The notes under the pieces were generated by a model. The model searched no databases. It saw only the letters and a list, made by a program, of their open reading frames with translations, and was not told the DNA's origin. The translations under genes were made by a program, and so were the position numbers. From an uncultured bacterium (GTDB taxonomy: Bacteria; Patescibacteriota; Minisyncoccia; Phycocordibacterales; GCA-2401445), in NCBI GenBank assembly GCA_937952265.1, contig CALFYW010000016.1:398661-462660 (forward strand): a stretch of 64,000 bases of DNA. The letters are read 5' to 3'. This document shows, one piece after another, positions 17,570 to 26,742 of this stretch; positions within the stretch are counted from its first letter, which is position 1, and every line of letters begins with the position of its first letter.

Positions 17570-20110
17570 ATGAACGACATTACCAACAAAAACATTCCTC
17601 CTGAAAGTTCTGCGGTTATTGAAATTGAGAGACAAGAGGATTCCGGAGTTTTAGCTTCAGAAGAGAGGGTTTCGGATACACAAAAGCCTCAAAAAGGAAA
17701 ACTCGAAATGCTTCTTTTGTGGCTCCTTACCGCGACGACATTGCTTCTTCCGCTTATCTTTCTTCCAAGTGTACATTTTCCATTACCAGCAACCAAGAGT
17801 GTGTTTTTAGGGTTGTCAGTATTTTTCTCTCTTATTCTCTGGATCATTATCATTTTCCGGAATGGCCATATTGAGATCCCTAAAACCCCGCTGATCCCTG
17901 TTTCAATCGGTATCCTTTTTGCGTACCTTGCCTCTACGTTGTTTGCGAACCCTATTGGTGTTTCTTTTTGGGGACAGGGTTTTGAAACAGGAACCTTCCT
18001 TGCTACTTTTGCCTTTGTGGTGCTGTTTATTGTCTCTGCTTCAGTCTTAAACACGAAGGCGCGAATGTTAAACATTTTTTCTGCGCTCTTTATCGCTTTC
18101 TTTGTCGTTGCGCTTTATCAGGTCATCCACTTGCTCGGGGTATTTTTTGGTTCTGGGGAACCATTCCTCTCATGGGGTCTCTTTGTTGGATCAACTGCTA
18201 ACCTTCTTGGCCGTTGGTACGATCTTGGAATTTTCTTTGGACTTGGAATCATCCTCTCCTTGATGGCGCTTGAAACACTCACACTCAATCGTCGAGTTTC
18301 AGTATTTCTCTCGGCAACACTCCTGATGAGCCTACTTTTGCTTAGTGTGATCAATTTTACTATTGCGTGGTTCGTCGTTGTTATCTTTTGCGCCATCTTT
18401 CTTATTTATCGTATTACTCTTGATACGATGCGGACCTCTGTTGAGAAAAAAGGCTTTGAGGGAAGAGGAAAAAATTATATTCGCGGACTGAAGCAACACA
18501 AGAAAGTCGTGGGGATCTTGATAATCGGGCTTATTTTTGTATTAAATCCTCCGTTGATTAATCCTCAAGAGTCAAGTCGTTTCGAGGACGGAACGCTTGC
18601 GGACATCGTTACCACGGTTACCGATACTCGTTATCTTGAAGTAAGGCCTTCTTGGGGAACAACCTTCATTATTCTAAAGGAGACACTTAAGGAGAGCGCA
18701 TTTCTGGGTTCTGGGCCGAACATGTTTACAAAACAAATGAACCAGTTCAAGCCGTCCGCAGTAAATGAGTCTCTCTTTTGGGGCGTTGATTTTAATGCGG
18801 GTATTGGTTTCATTCCTACAGCGTTTATTACCACTGGATTATTTGGGGCAGTGGTATGGATCCTATTTTTACTCTTGTTTCTCAGAGCAGGGTACCGCTC
18901 TCTTTTTGCGGATATCTCGGATCCGCTTGCTCGATTTATCGTACAAGGATCCTTTTTCGGCGCGCTCTACTTATGGGTTATGGCAGTTGTGTATGCTCCG
19001 TCAATCGTTATCTTAGGAATAACGATGATTCTAACGGGATCTTTTGTTGGCGGACTTGCCATTGCAAAATTGCGACCAATACGGAAAATCATGTTAGTGT
19101 CAAATCCAAAATTTGGTTTTATTTCAATAACCCTGCTACTCTTTTTATTGTTAGGAAGCATCTTTTTCTCTTATCACACCGCATCATCATACATTTCCCT
19201 CGCGCGCTTTCAAAAAGGTGTTGGGGTTTTGAATGCCACGGGTAATATTGGACAAGCCGAAACACTGATTCGAAAAGCAAGTACGCGCAGTGATAATGAT
19301 CTTTACCACCGAACGTTGGTCGACATTAATATTCTCAAGCTCAACCAATTGCTTCAGACGCAAGGACTTTCCCAAGAAGAGGTGCAAGAGCAGTTCCGTC
19401 TTTTGGTAGATGATGCGGTTGAGCAGTCGCAGTTGGGAATTGGTGTTGATCCAAACAATTATCAAAACTGGCTTTCTTTGGGACGTATTTATGAGGCAAT
19501 TGTTCCATTGGGTATTGAGGGTGCCTATGAAGAAGCAATTCAGGCATACACCCAAGCCCTTGCGACAAGTCCAAGGAACCCCTCAATCCATTTATCAATT
19601 GCGCGCTTGGAACTTGCTCGTGGAAATAGGGAGGCCGCACGAGAAGCAATTGCTGAAGCAAAGCGTTTAAAATCGAATTATACTGAAGCCGCATACCTCC
19701 TTTCGCAGATTGCGGCACAAGAAGGAAAACTTGATGAAGCGCTTAGTTCAGCAGAGTCAGCATCATTCTTAGCCCCTGGAGATCCAGTAGTATGGTTTCA
19801 AGTTGGGTTTCTTCAGTACAATAAGCCAAATTATGAAAAAGCCATTGAGGCGCTTCAACGTGCAGTCTCATTAAATCCCGAATATGCGAATGCTCGGTAT
19901 TTTCTCGGATTGAGTTACGCCCGTACAGGGAGGGGTGAGGACGCACTCGCGCAATTCATTGAAATCGAAAAGACAAATTTAGATAATCAGGAAGTTAAAA
20001 CCATTATTAACAATTTAGAGCGCGGACTTGATCCGCTCGTGCATCTTGAAGATCTCGATACTGCTCCTGAAGATCGTGAATCACTTCCGCTTGAAGAGGT
20101 TGAGTTATAA
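17570..20110 (+). CDS. Polytopic membrane protein (O-antigen ligase/Wzy_C-like) with C-terminal TPR repeats
   Basis: More than 10 TM segments, FLGSGPNMF loop followed by TTGLFG, TPR consensus repeats (AIEALQRAVSLNPEYANARYFLGLSY). Confidence 0.75.
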   Translation: MNDITNKNIPPESSAVIEIERQEDSGVLASEERVSDTQKPQKGKLEMLLLWLLTATTLLLPLIFLPSVHFPLPATKSVFLGLSVFFSLILWIIIIFRNGHIEIPKTPLIPVSIGILFAYLASTLFANPIGVSFWGQGFETGTFLATFAFVVLFIVSASVLNTKARMLNIFSALFIAFFVVALYQVIHLLGVFFGSGEPFLSWGLFVGSTANLLGRWYDLGIFFGLGIILSLMALETLTLNRRVSVFLSATLLMSLLLLSVINFTIAWFVVVIFCAIFLIYRITLDTMRTSVEKKGFEGRGKNYIRGLKQHKKVVGILIIGLIFVLNPPLINPQESSRFEDGTLADIVTTVTDTRYLEVRPSWGTTFIILKETLKESAFLGSGPNMFTKQMNQFKPSAVNESLFWGVDFNAGIGFIPTAFITTGLFGAVVWILFLLLFLRAGYRSLFADISDPLARFIVQGSFFGALYLWVMAVVYAPSIVILGITMILTGSFVGGLAIAKLRPIRKIMLVSNPKFGFISITLLLFLLLGSIFFSYHTASSYISLARFQKGVGVLNATGNIGQAETLIRKASTRSDNDLYHRTLVDINILKLNQLLQTQGLSQEEVQEQFRLLVDDAVEQSQLGIGVDPNNYQNWLSLGRIYEAIVPLGIEGAYEEAIQAYTQALATSPRNPSIHLSIARLELARGNREAAREAIAEAKRLKSNYTEAAYLLSQIAAQEGKLDEALSSAESASFLAPGDPVVWFQVGFLQYNKPNYEKAIEALQRAVSLNPEYANARYFLGLSYARTGRGEDALAQFIEIEKTNLDNQEVKTIINNLERGLDPLVHLEDLDTAPEDRESLPLEEVEL

Positions 20111-20125
20111 CGTTCTTCAGGAAGT

Positions 20126-21805
20126 ATGGTACGTCGAATTTTACGGATCTTAGTGCGTGATATACGAGGGCTTCATGAAGCCGCCTACCTCCTTGGTCTT
20201 TTCGCGATTCTCTCTCAGTTGTTAGGTTTAGTGCGAGATCGGATTCTTGCGCATATTTTTGGCGCGACCCAATCACTCGATGTCTATTACGCGTCTTTTC
20301 GGATTCCTGATCTCATTTTTGCGTCGGTAGCTTCGATCGTTTCAGTGTCCGTACTGATTCCGTTTTTGGCACAGTACATTGAAGGTGATCCAAAGCGACT
20401 CCGAGCTTTTATTAATAGCATTTTTTCCTTTTTCTCTTTCCTGATTATTGGGGTAAGTATCGCAGTGTTTTTTTTAATACCCCAGATTCTTTCAGTACTT
20501 TTTCCCTCAATCGCATTGAGCGATCTTTCAGATGATTTTATTCTCTTAACAAGAATACTTCTTCTTTCGCCAATTCTACTTGGGTTATCAAATTTTTTTG
20601 GAAGTATCACTCAGGTACGCCGTGCGTTTTTTTTATACGGGTTAAGCCCCTTTCTTTATAACAGCGGAATTATTCTAGGGATTCTCCTCTTTTATCCTGC
20701 TATGGGAATTCCAGGGCTTGGGTTAGGAGTAGTTCTTGGAGCCCTACTCCACATGGGAATGCAGTTACCGATTCTATTTCGCGAGAAACTCTTTCCTCGT
20801 TTTACGTTCACTCCTAACTATCAGGACGTTTTTTCTGTGGTAAAACTATCACTGCCGAGGACGATTACGCTCTCAATACACCACGTAACGCTCCTCATTC
20901 TCATCATGTTTTCCGCGCGTATTGGAGAGGGAATTATCTCAGTGTTTAATCTATCCTCGAACCTCCAGTCGGTACTACTCTCTATTGTAGGGGTGAGTTA
21001 TTCGGTAGCGGCATTTCCAACGCTCGCACGACTTTTTTCTAATGGTGATCAGGTTCAATTTTTTGAGAAGGTTTCCACTGCCGCACGACATATTATTTTT
21101 TGGTCATTACCAGGAGCCATCCTGTTTATTGTGCTTCGTGCGCAGATCGTTCGCGTCATATTAGGTTCTGGGTCGTTTGATTGGACCGCAACCCGACTGA
21201 CGGCTGCGGCACTCGCGATTTTCTCAGTATCTTTAATTGCGCAAGGTCTATCCCTCCTTTTTGTACGCGGATATTACGCATCAGGAAAAACATTTCGACC
21301 GCTTCTGGTTAATCTTTGCGGAGGTGTTGTCGCTGTCGGGTCTGCGTATGGACTCTGGAGACTTTTTGAAAACGTACCTGTAGTAAGGTATTTTTTCGAG
21401 TCACTTTTGAAAGTCTCAGATCTTCCCGGAACTGCCGTACTGATGCTCCCCCTTGGGTATTCAGTGGGTATGATTGTGAATGCGCTTTTGTTTTGGATCA
21501 TATTCCAACGTGATTTTAGTAAATTCTCGCATACCCTCTTTCGAACGTTCTTTCAAAGCCTTGCCGCGTCAGTGGTAATGGGTTTTGTCGCGTATCAAGT
21601 CTTGAACATTCTGGGTACGATATTTAATCTAAACACACTGTTGGGGATCTTTTTTCAAGGATTTATTGCGGGTATGGTCGGTATTATTGCTGGGATTGGT
21701 ATTTTGCGCATTCTTGGTAACCCTGAGTTGGGTGAGGCAATTCGGGCTTTTCGCCAGCGTTTTTGGAAATCAGCACCCATTTACCCTGAACAAAAAGAGC
21801 TTTAA
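20126..21805 (+). CDS. murJ: Lipid II flippase MurJ (MviN)
   Basis: SQLLGLVRDRILAHIFGA, YYASFRIPD, AAFPTLA, RGYYA; many TMs. Confidence 0.9.
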   Translation: MVRRILRILVRDIRGLHEAAYLLGLFAILSQLLGLVRDRILAHIFGATQSLDVYYASFRIPDLIFASVASIVSVSVLIPFLAQYIEGDPKRLRAFINSIFSFFSFLIIGVSIAVFFLIPQILSVLFPSIALSDLSDDFILLTRILLLSPILLGLSNFFGSITQVRRAFFLYGLSPFLYNSGIILGILLFYPAMGIPGLGLGVVLGALLHMGMQLPILFREKLFPRFTFTPNYQDVFSVVKLSLPRTITLSIHHVTLLILIMFSARIGEGIISVFNLSSNLQSVLLSIVGVSYSVAAFPTLARLFSNGDQVQFFEKVSTAARHIIFWSLPGAILFIVLRAQIVRVILGSGSFDWTATRLTAAALAIFSVSLIAQGLSLLFVRGYYASGKTFRPLLVNLCGGVVAVGSAYGLWRLFENVPVVRYFFESLLKVSDLPGTAVLMLPLGYSVGMIVNALLFWIIFQRDFSKFSHTLFRTFFQSLAASVVMGFVAYQVLNILGTIFNLNTLLGIFFQGFIAGMVGIIAGIGILRILGNPELGEAIRAFRQRFWKSAPIYPEQKEL

Positions 21806-21855
21806 TTTTTTCAGGGACTTTTCTTTTAGGTAATTTTTCATTACTATCCTCGTAT

Positions 21856-23646
21856 ATGCAGGAAATAAGGAATTTTACAATTATTGCCCATATTGACCAT
21901 GGGAAATCCACACTTGCTGACCGCATGCTTGAAATTACTGAAACGGTGGCAAAACGAAAGCTTGTTGCCCAAACTTTAGACCAGATGGATCTCGAACGCG
22001 AGCGTGGTATTACGATAAAAATGCAACCCGTACGAATGCAGTATAAGGGTGCGATGCTTCATCTTATTGATACTCCTGGGCATATTGATTTCTCGTATGA
22101 AGTTTCGAGGGCGCTTAAAGCCGTTGAAGGCGCGGTACTGTTAGTTGACGCAACACAAGGGGTGCAAGCGCAGACACTTTCAGTATTAAGTATGGCGCGT
22201 GCTGAAGGCCTTGCTATTATTCCGGTAGTGAATAAGGTTGATTCACCTCTGGCTCGTGTAGACGAGGTTACCGATCAAATTGCCCGATTAATGGATATTC
22301 CTCCTCAGAGCGTGCTTGAGGTATCCGGAAAAACAGGACAAGGAGTCGAGGCACTACTCGATAAGATTGTGTCTACCGTTCCTCCTCCTCAAAAGCACGG
22401 GATCAGTGGTAATTTTCGTTCTCTTGTATTTGATTCAAATTATTCAGACCATAGAGGAGTGATTGTCTATGTCCGTGTTTTCGATGGGAGCATACGACGT
22501 GGGGATAGTGTAGTTTTTAAGGTAGCTCAAAAGAAGTTTTCCGTACTTGAGGTGGGAACATTTTCTCCTCGGGATGTACCACTTGATTCACTTTCTTCTG
22601 GTGAGGTTGGTTACATTGTAACGGGCATTAAAGAGCCGGGGGTTGCTCGTGTTGGAGATACCGTTGCTTCAGAAAAAGACACCCGAGATCCCCTTCGTGG
22701 ATATCAAGAACCTAAACCAGTGGTATGGGCTTCAGTGTATCCGGAAAGCCAAGATGACTTTCTAGAACTTAAACACTCGCTATCTCGGCTGAAACTCTCA
22801 GATTCCTCGCTTTCTTTTGAAGAAGAAACATCGGGAGTATTAGGGCGCGGCTTCCGTATTGGTTTTTTAGGAATGCTTCACTTGGAGATTGTCACCGAAC
22901 GACTTAAGCGTGAATTCGATCTTTCTTTGGTGGTTACCACGCCATCAATTACGTATCGAATTCTGCTCAAGAACGGAAAGGAAGAAGTGGTGTATACTCC
23001 CTCTCGTTTTCCTGATGATTCTGAAATTGAAAAGATTTTTGAACCGTGGGTATCGCTTACGATTATTACCCCATCGAAATACCTCGGCTCGCTATTACCC
23101 CTTCTGTATGAGCATGAGGCAGTAGTGGGGCATTCAGAAACGGTGGGCGAGGATCGAACATCTCTCTCGGCAAAAATACCGCTTCGTGAATTGATGCGCC
23201 ACCTCTTTGATGAGATTAAGAGCGTTTCTTCTGGATATGCATCAATTTCTTATGAAATTATCGACGAAGAGGAAGCATTGGTAACACGGCTTGATGTGTG
23301 TGTCGCTGAGGAAATTGTCCCTGCGTTTTCTCGGGTAGTCGCTCGCCGGCGTCTTCAGGAAGAAGCTGAGCAAGTAGTTGAGCGTTTAGAAAAGCTCCTT
23401 CCTCGACAGCTTTTTGTTACGAAGATTCAGGCGAAGGGAGCGGGAAGAATCCTTTCATCACGGAGTATTTCTGCGCTGAAAAAAGATGTGACGGGGTATC
23501 TTTATGGTGGAGACATTACTCGAAAAATGAAGTTGCGGGAAAAACAGAAGCGAGGTAAAAAACGCATGCAGTCTCGTGGTAAAGTTCACATTCCACATGA
23601 TGTATTCATGAAGATGATGCGTGGAAGGGATACGGGATCTTCCTAG
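21856..23646 (+). CDS. lepA: Elongation factor 4 (LepA)
   Basis: IAHIDHGKSTLADR, ERERGITIK, DTPGHIDF, GFLGMLHLEI, YGGDITRKMKL. Confidence 0.98.
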   Translation: MQEIRNFTIIAHIDHGKSTLADRMLEITETVAKRKLVAQTLDQMDLERERGITIKMQPVRMQYKGAMLHLIDTPGHIDFSYEVSRALKAVEGAVLLVDATQGVQAQTLSVLSMARAEGLAIIPVVNKVDSPLARVDEVTDQIARLMDIPPQSVLEVSGKTGQGVEALLDKIVSTVPPPQKHGISGNFRSLVFDSNYSDHRGVIVYVRVFDGSIRRGDSVVFKVAQKKFSVLEVGTFSPRDVPLDSLSSGEVGYIVTGIKEPGVARVGDTVASEKDTRDPLRGYQEPKPVVWASVYPESQDDFLELKHSLSRLKLSDSSLSFEEETSGVLGRGFRIGFLGMLHLEIVTERLKREFDLSLVVTTPSITYRILLKNGKEEVVYTPSRFPDDSEIEKIFEPWVSLTIITPSKYLGSLLPLLYEHEAVVGHSETVGEDRTSLSAKIPLRELMRHLFDEIKSVSSGYASISYEIIDEEEALVTRLDVCVAEEIVPAFSRVVARRRLQEEAEQVVERLEKLLPRQLFVTKIQAKGAGRILSSRSISALKKDVTGYLYGGDITRKMKLREKQKRGKKRMQSRGKVHIPHDVFMKMMRGRDTGSS

Positions 23647-23648
23647 TC

Positions 23649-23756
23649 TTAGTATAAGAAGGTTGGGGTGTAAAGGGCAATCATGCTGATAATAATCAAA
23701 ACACCCACGATAATAGAAAGCCCCTTAACCATTTTTTGGTACTTTTTATTAAACAT
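23649..23756 (-). CDS. Small single-TM protein (35 aa)
   Basis: MFNKKYQKMVKGLSIIVGVLIIISMIALYTPTFLY fills the gap between lepA and the ftsB-like gene; TATACT 8 nt upstream. Confidence 0.6.
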   Translation of the reverse strand: MFNKKYQKMVKGLSIIVGVLIIISMIALYTPTFLY

Positions 23757-23784
23757 TGAATAGGAGTATACTATACTTTGACCT

Positions 23785-24183
23785 ATGCGTGAACTGGAAA
23801 AGAGACGTCGAATTAAGGAGATTTTATATTCACGAGTTACCCTGGTAGTACTTCTGATCGCGGCACTCTTTAGCGCGGAGGCACTCTGGGGTATGATCCG
23901 TAAGGAGCGTGATGTTCGGGAGAAGCGTCTTTCGGTTGAAACTGAAGTAGAGGAGTTGAAAGATCGGATCACCTTTCTTGATGGTGAAATTGAGAAGTTT
24001 AATACTTCTCGTGGGATCGAAGAAGAGATTCGTGAGAAATTTAGAGTAGTTCGAGGTGATGAACAAGTGGCCATTATCATTGATAATGAGGGAGAAAAAA
24101 CGAATGAGAGTAGCGAGCTTGCTCCCGAGCCTCGCTGGTGGAGTAGGATATTAGGATCTATCGGGGGCTTATTTGATAAATAA
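23785..24183 (+). CDS. Septum formation initiator (FtsB/DivIC family)
   Basis: Short basic N-terminus, one TM, coiled coil, IEEEIREKFRVVRGDE motif. Confidence 0.8.
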   Translation: MRELEKRRRIKEILYSRVTLVVLLIAALFSAEALWGMIRKERDVREKRLSVETEVEELKDRITFLDGEIEKFNTSRGIEEEIREKFRVVRGDEQVAIIIDNEGEKTNESSELAPEPRWWSRILGSIGGLFDK

Positions 24184-24254
24184 GCGGGTATAGTTTAGTG
24201 GTAGAATGATTGCTTCCCAAGCAATAGGCGAGAGTTCGATTCTCTCTACCCGCA
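24184..24254 (+). tRNA. tRNA-Gly (CCC)
   Basis: GCGGGTA/TACCCGC acceptor, ATTGC-TTCCCAA-GCAAT anticodon arm, GTTCGATTC T-loop. Confidence 0.95.
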
Positions 24255-24359
24255 CAAAAATCCGAGCAAAGCCAAGGTGTACCCCCGTTGGTTCATTTGT
24301 TTTTTATCTGGTATCATATATCATGATACGAAGCAATTATTAATAACATCAAGATATTT

Positions 24360-24593
24360 ATGAAGAAGGTTGTCATCTATACCACCCCAACATGTACCTA
24401 TTGTAAGCAGACAAAAGACTTTTTTAAGGAGAACAGTATTTCCTATGAAGAATATGACGTGGCATCTGACATGGATAAAAGAAAGGAGATGGTAGAAAAG
24501 AGTGGTCAGATGGGAGTGCCGGTTATTTTTGTTGACGATCAGATGTTCGTTGGGTTTGATAAAGAAGGGTTATCGCAAGCACTTGGTCTTTAA
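24360..24593 (+). CDS. Glutaredoxin/NrdH-like redoxin
   Basis: YTTPTCTYC (CxxC), SGQMGVPVI, VGFD. Confidence 0.93.
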   Translation: MKKVVIYTTPTCTYCKQTKDFFKENSISYEEYDVASDMDKRKEMVEKSGQMGVPVIFVDDQMFVGFDKEGLSQALGL

Positions 24594-24615
24594 GGTGAAA
24601 AAATAAAAGTAGTAA

Positions 24616-24644
24616 CAAAACTCGCCAGTCACAGGCGAGTTTTG
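24616..24644 (+). terminator. Intrinsic terminator
   Basis: CAAAACTCGCC-AGTCACA-GGCGAGTTTTG. Confidence 0.75.
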
Positions 24645-24727
24645 TGCTATAGTTCATGGTATAGGATGGTTTACTCCCCCTTTTGGGGCGAGGTTCAGGT
24701 TCTAATTTGATTACGGTTCAAAGTATT

Positions 24728-25057
24728 ATGTCGAGAAAAGAATATCAAAAATTAGTGCGAGATAGTATTCCAGGCATTATCAAAGAGAATGGAGGGTCTC
24801 CAAAAATTTTAGAACTTGATGAAAAACAGTTTATTTCATTGCTCAAAGAAAAACTTACTGAGGAAGTCGGGGAATTACAAAAGGCAGAAAATAGATCAGA
24901 GATTTTGGAAGAGCTTGCGGATATCACCGAAATACTTGAGTCAGTCGGACATTACTACCACATTTTATCTGATGAGATACACGCACATAAAAAAGAGAAG
25001 AGAAAACAACGAGGAGGTTTTGAAAAACGTATTTTTCTTGAGTATGTAGATGAATGA
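24728..25057 (+). CDS. All-alpha NTP pyrophosphohydrolase (MazG-like/PRA-PH-like)
   Basis: YQKLVRDSIP, KLTEEVGE, EELADI, KRKQRGGFEKRIFL; start reassigned to ATG 24728. Confidence 0.87.
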   Translation: MSRKEYQKLVRDSIPGIIKENGGSPKILELDEKQFISLLKEKLTEEVGELQKAENRSEILEELADITEILESVGHYYHILSDEIHAHKKEKRKQRGGFEKRIFLEYVDE

Positions 25058-25121
25058 AAGTCTTGTTTGGGTATATGAAAATTCCGCTTCAAATGGAGCT
25101 TTTATGTTATAGTCTTGGTAC

Positions 25122-25193
25122 GCCGCTGTAGTTCAATGGATAGAACGAGGGACTCCTAAGCCCTAGATGTAGGTTCGATTCCTGCCAGTGGCA
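25122..25193 (+). tRNA. tRNA-Arg (CCT)
   Basis: GCCGCTG/CAGTGGC acceptor, loop CTCCTAA, GGTTCGATTCC; TGnTATAGT upstream. Confidence 0.92.
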
Positions 25194-25268
25194 TGGATAC
25201 TAATAATATATTAATACATCTCAAGATCTGAGTTCCTTGAGGTTGTGATTGCATGCTAGTATAGCGAT

Positions 25269-26618
25269 ATGCGCAGAGAAGAATATCAACACTATTTTAA
25301 AGATAAAAAAGTAATTGTTATGGGGCTTGGTCTCTTAGGCCGCGGCATTGCTGATGCGCGATTTTTGGCGGAGTGTGGCGCGGAGGTCTTAGTAACTGAT
25401 CTTAAAGATGAAAAGGTGCTTAAAACCTCAGTTGATCAACTGCGTAAATTTTCAAATATCACCTTCATCCTTGGAGAACACCGTCCGGAGGATTTCCGTA
25501 ATTGCGATTTCGTTTTGAAAGCAGCGGGAGTGCCACTTGAGTCCCCATTTCTTGAAGAAGCACGGAAAAACCGTATCCCAATTGAGATGGATGAATCTCT
25601 CTTTGCAAAAATTGCCCAAGGAGTGACCTTGGTTGGTATTACTGGAACGCGCGGAAAGAGTACCACTACCCATTTGATTTTTGAGATGCTTAAAAAGAAA
25701 TATGAAAAGAAGGTTTTTCTTGCTGGAAATATTCGAGGAAAAGCAACGTTACCGCTTTTGAGTGAGGTATCACCAGGGGATATTATAGTGCTCGAACTTT
25801 CTTCGTGGCAATTACAAGGCTTTCATGATGCAGCAGTAAGCCCGAATGTCGGAGTCTTCACAAATTTTCTTGATGATCATTTAAATTATTATCACGGAGA
25901 TCGTGATCTGTATTTTAAAGATAAGGCGGCAATTTTTCGGTTTCAGAAGAAAGGGGATACCTGTGTTGTTGGAGCGCAAGTAGCACCTTTACTCGCTGAA
26001 GAATCGCTCCAGGGGAACCTTATTGTGGCAAGAAAAGAAGACGTTCCATCTTCTTGGAAGCGAGTATTGCCCGGGGAGCATAATCAGGAAAACATTGCGT
26101 GTGCAATTCATGTAGCCCGCACATTAGAAGTCTCTGATAAAGATATTCAGGAAGTAGTTGAGACTTTTAAGGGTGTGGAGGGAAGGCTTCAATTAGTTCG
26201 AGAGAGTAACGGCGTCGCTTTTTATAATGATACGACCGCCACAACACCTGATGCGACGTTCGCGGGGCTTAAAGCTTTAGGTGGTAAGAAGCCTTTGGTA
26301 CTTATTATGGGCGGGACTGATAAAGGTCTCTCTTTTGATCAAGTGCTTCGTGCATTTCCTCAGTACGCACAAGGTGTAGTTTTGCTCCCCGGTACTGGCA
26401 CTGAGCGCATCATCACTCATATTCAAAAACTCTCTTTTGAAAAAGGGGTACACCAAGAAGATACCTTAACGGGAGCTTTAAACAAAGCACAGACACTACT
26501 GCATGGTGAGAAACAGGGAATTATCCTCTTTAGTCCTGGCTTTGCGTCTTTTGGAATGTTTCAAAATGAGTTTGACCGCAGTGATCAATTTCTTGCGCTT
26601 GTTGAAACATTAAACTGA
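25269..26618 (+). CDS. murD: UDP-N-acetylmuramoyl-L-alanine--D-glutamate ligase
   Basis: GLGLLG, GITGTRGKSTT, ELSSWQL, DHLNYY, YNDTTATTP, SPGFASF. Confidence 0.95.
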   Translation: MRREEYQHYFKDKKVIVMGLGLLGRGIADARFLAECGAEVLVTDLKDEKVLKTSVDQLRKFSNITFILGEHRPEDFRNCDFVLKAAGVPLESPFLEEARKNRIPIEMDESLFAKIAQGVTLVGITGTRGKSTTTHLIFEMLKKKYEKKVFLAGNIRGKATLPLLSEVSPGDIIVLELSSWQLQGFHDAAVSPNVGVFTNFLDDHLNYYHGDRDLYFKDKAAIFRFQKKGDTCVVGAQVAPLLAEESLQGNLIVARKEDVPSSWKRVLPGEHNQENIACAIHVARTLEVSDKDIQEVVETFKGVEGRLQLVRESNGVAFYNDTTATTPDATFAGLKALGGKKPLVLIMGGTDKGLSFDQVLRAFPQYAQGVVLLPGTGTERIITHIQKLSFEKGVHQEDTLTGALNKAQTLLHGEKQGIILFSPGFASFGMFQNEFDRSDQFLALVETLN

Positions 26619-26621
26619 TAC

Positions 26622-26644
26622 TGTCCGAGGTCGGACCTCGGACA
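26622..26644. repeat. Perfect 11-bp inverted repeat (REP-like palindrome)
   Basis: TGTCCGAGGTC-G-GACCTCGGACA immediately after the murD stop. Confidence 0.7.
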
Positions 26645-26742
26645 AAAAAGGTTTTTAGTGTGCTCGTAAATGCGTTATGAGGTATTTCAGATTAAGCGAT
26701 TCTATCTTTTAATGTGGTTGTTACCATGCTATCCTCATCATT

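Noticed and set aside
25148-25164. A-G mismatch at the base of the tRNA-Arg anticodon stem as a sign of a pseudo-tRNA or recoding
   Set aside because: All other arms are canonical and a promoter is present; a single mismatch is insufficient evidence
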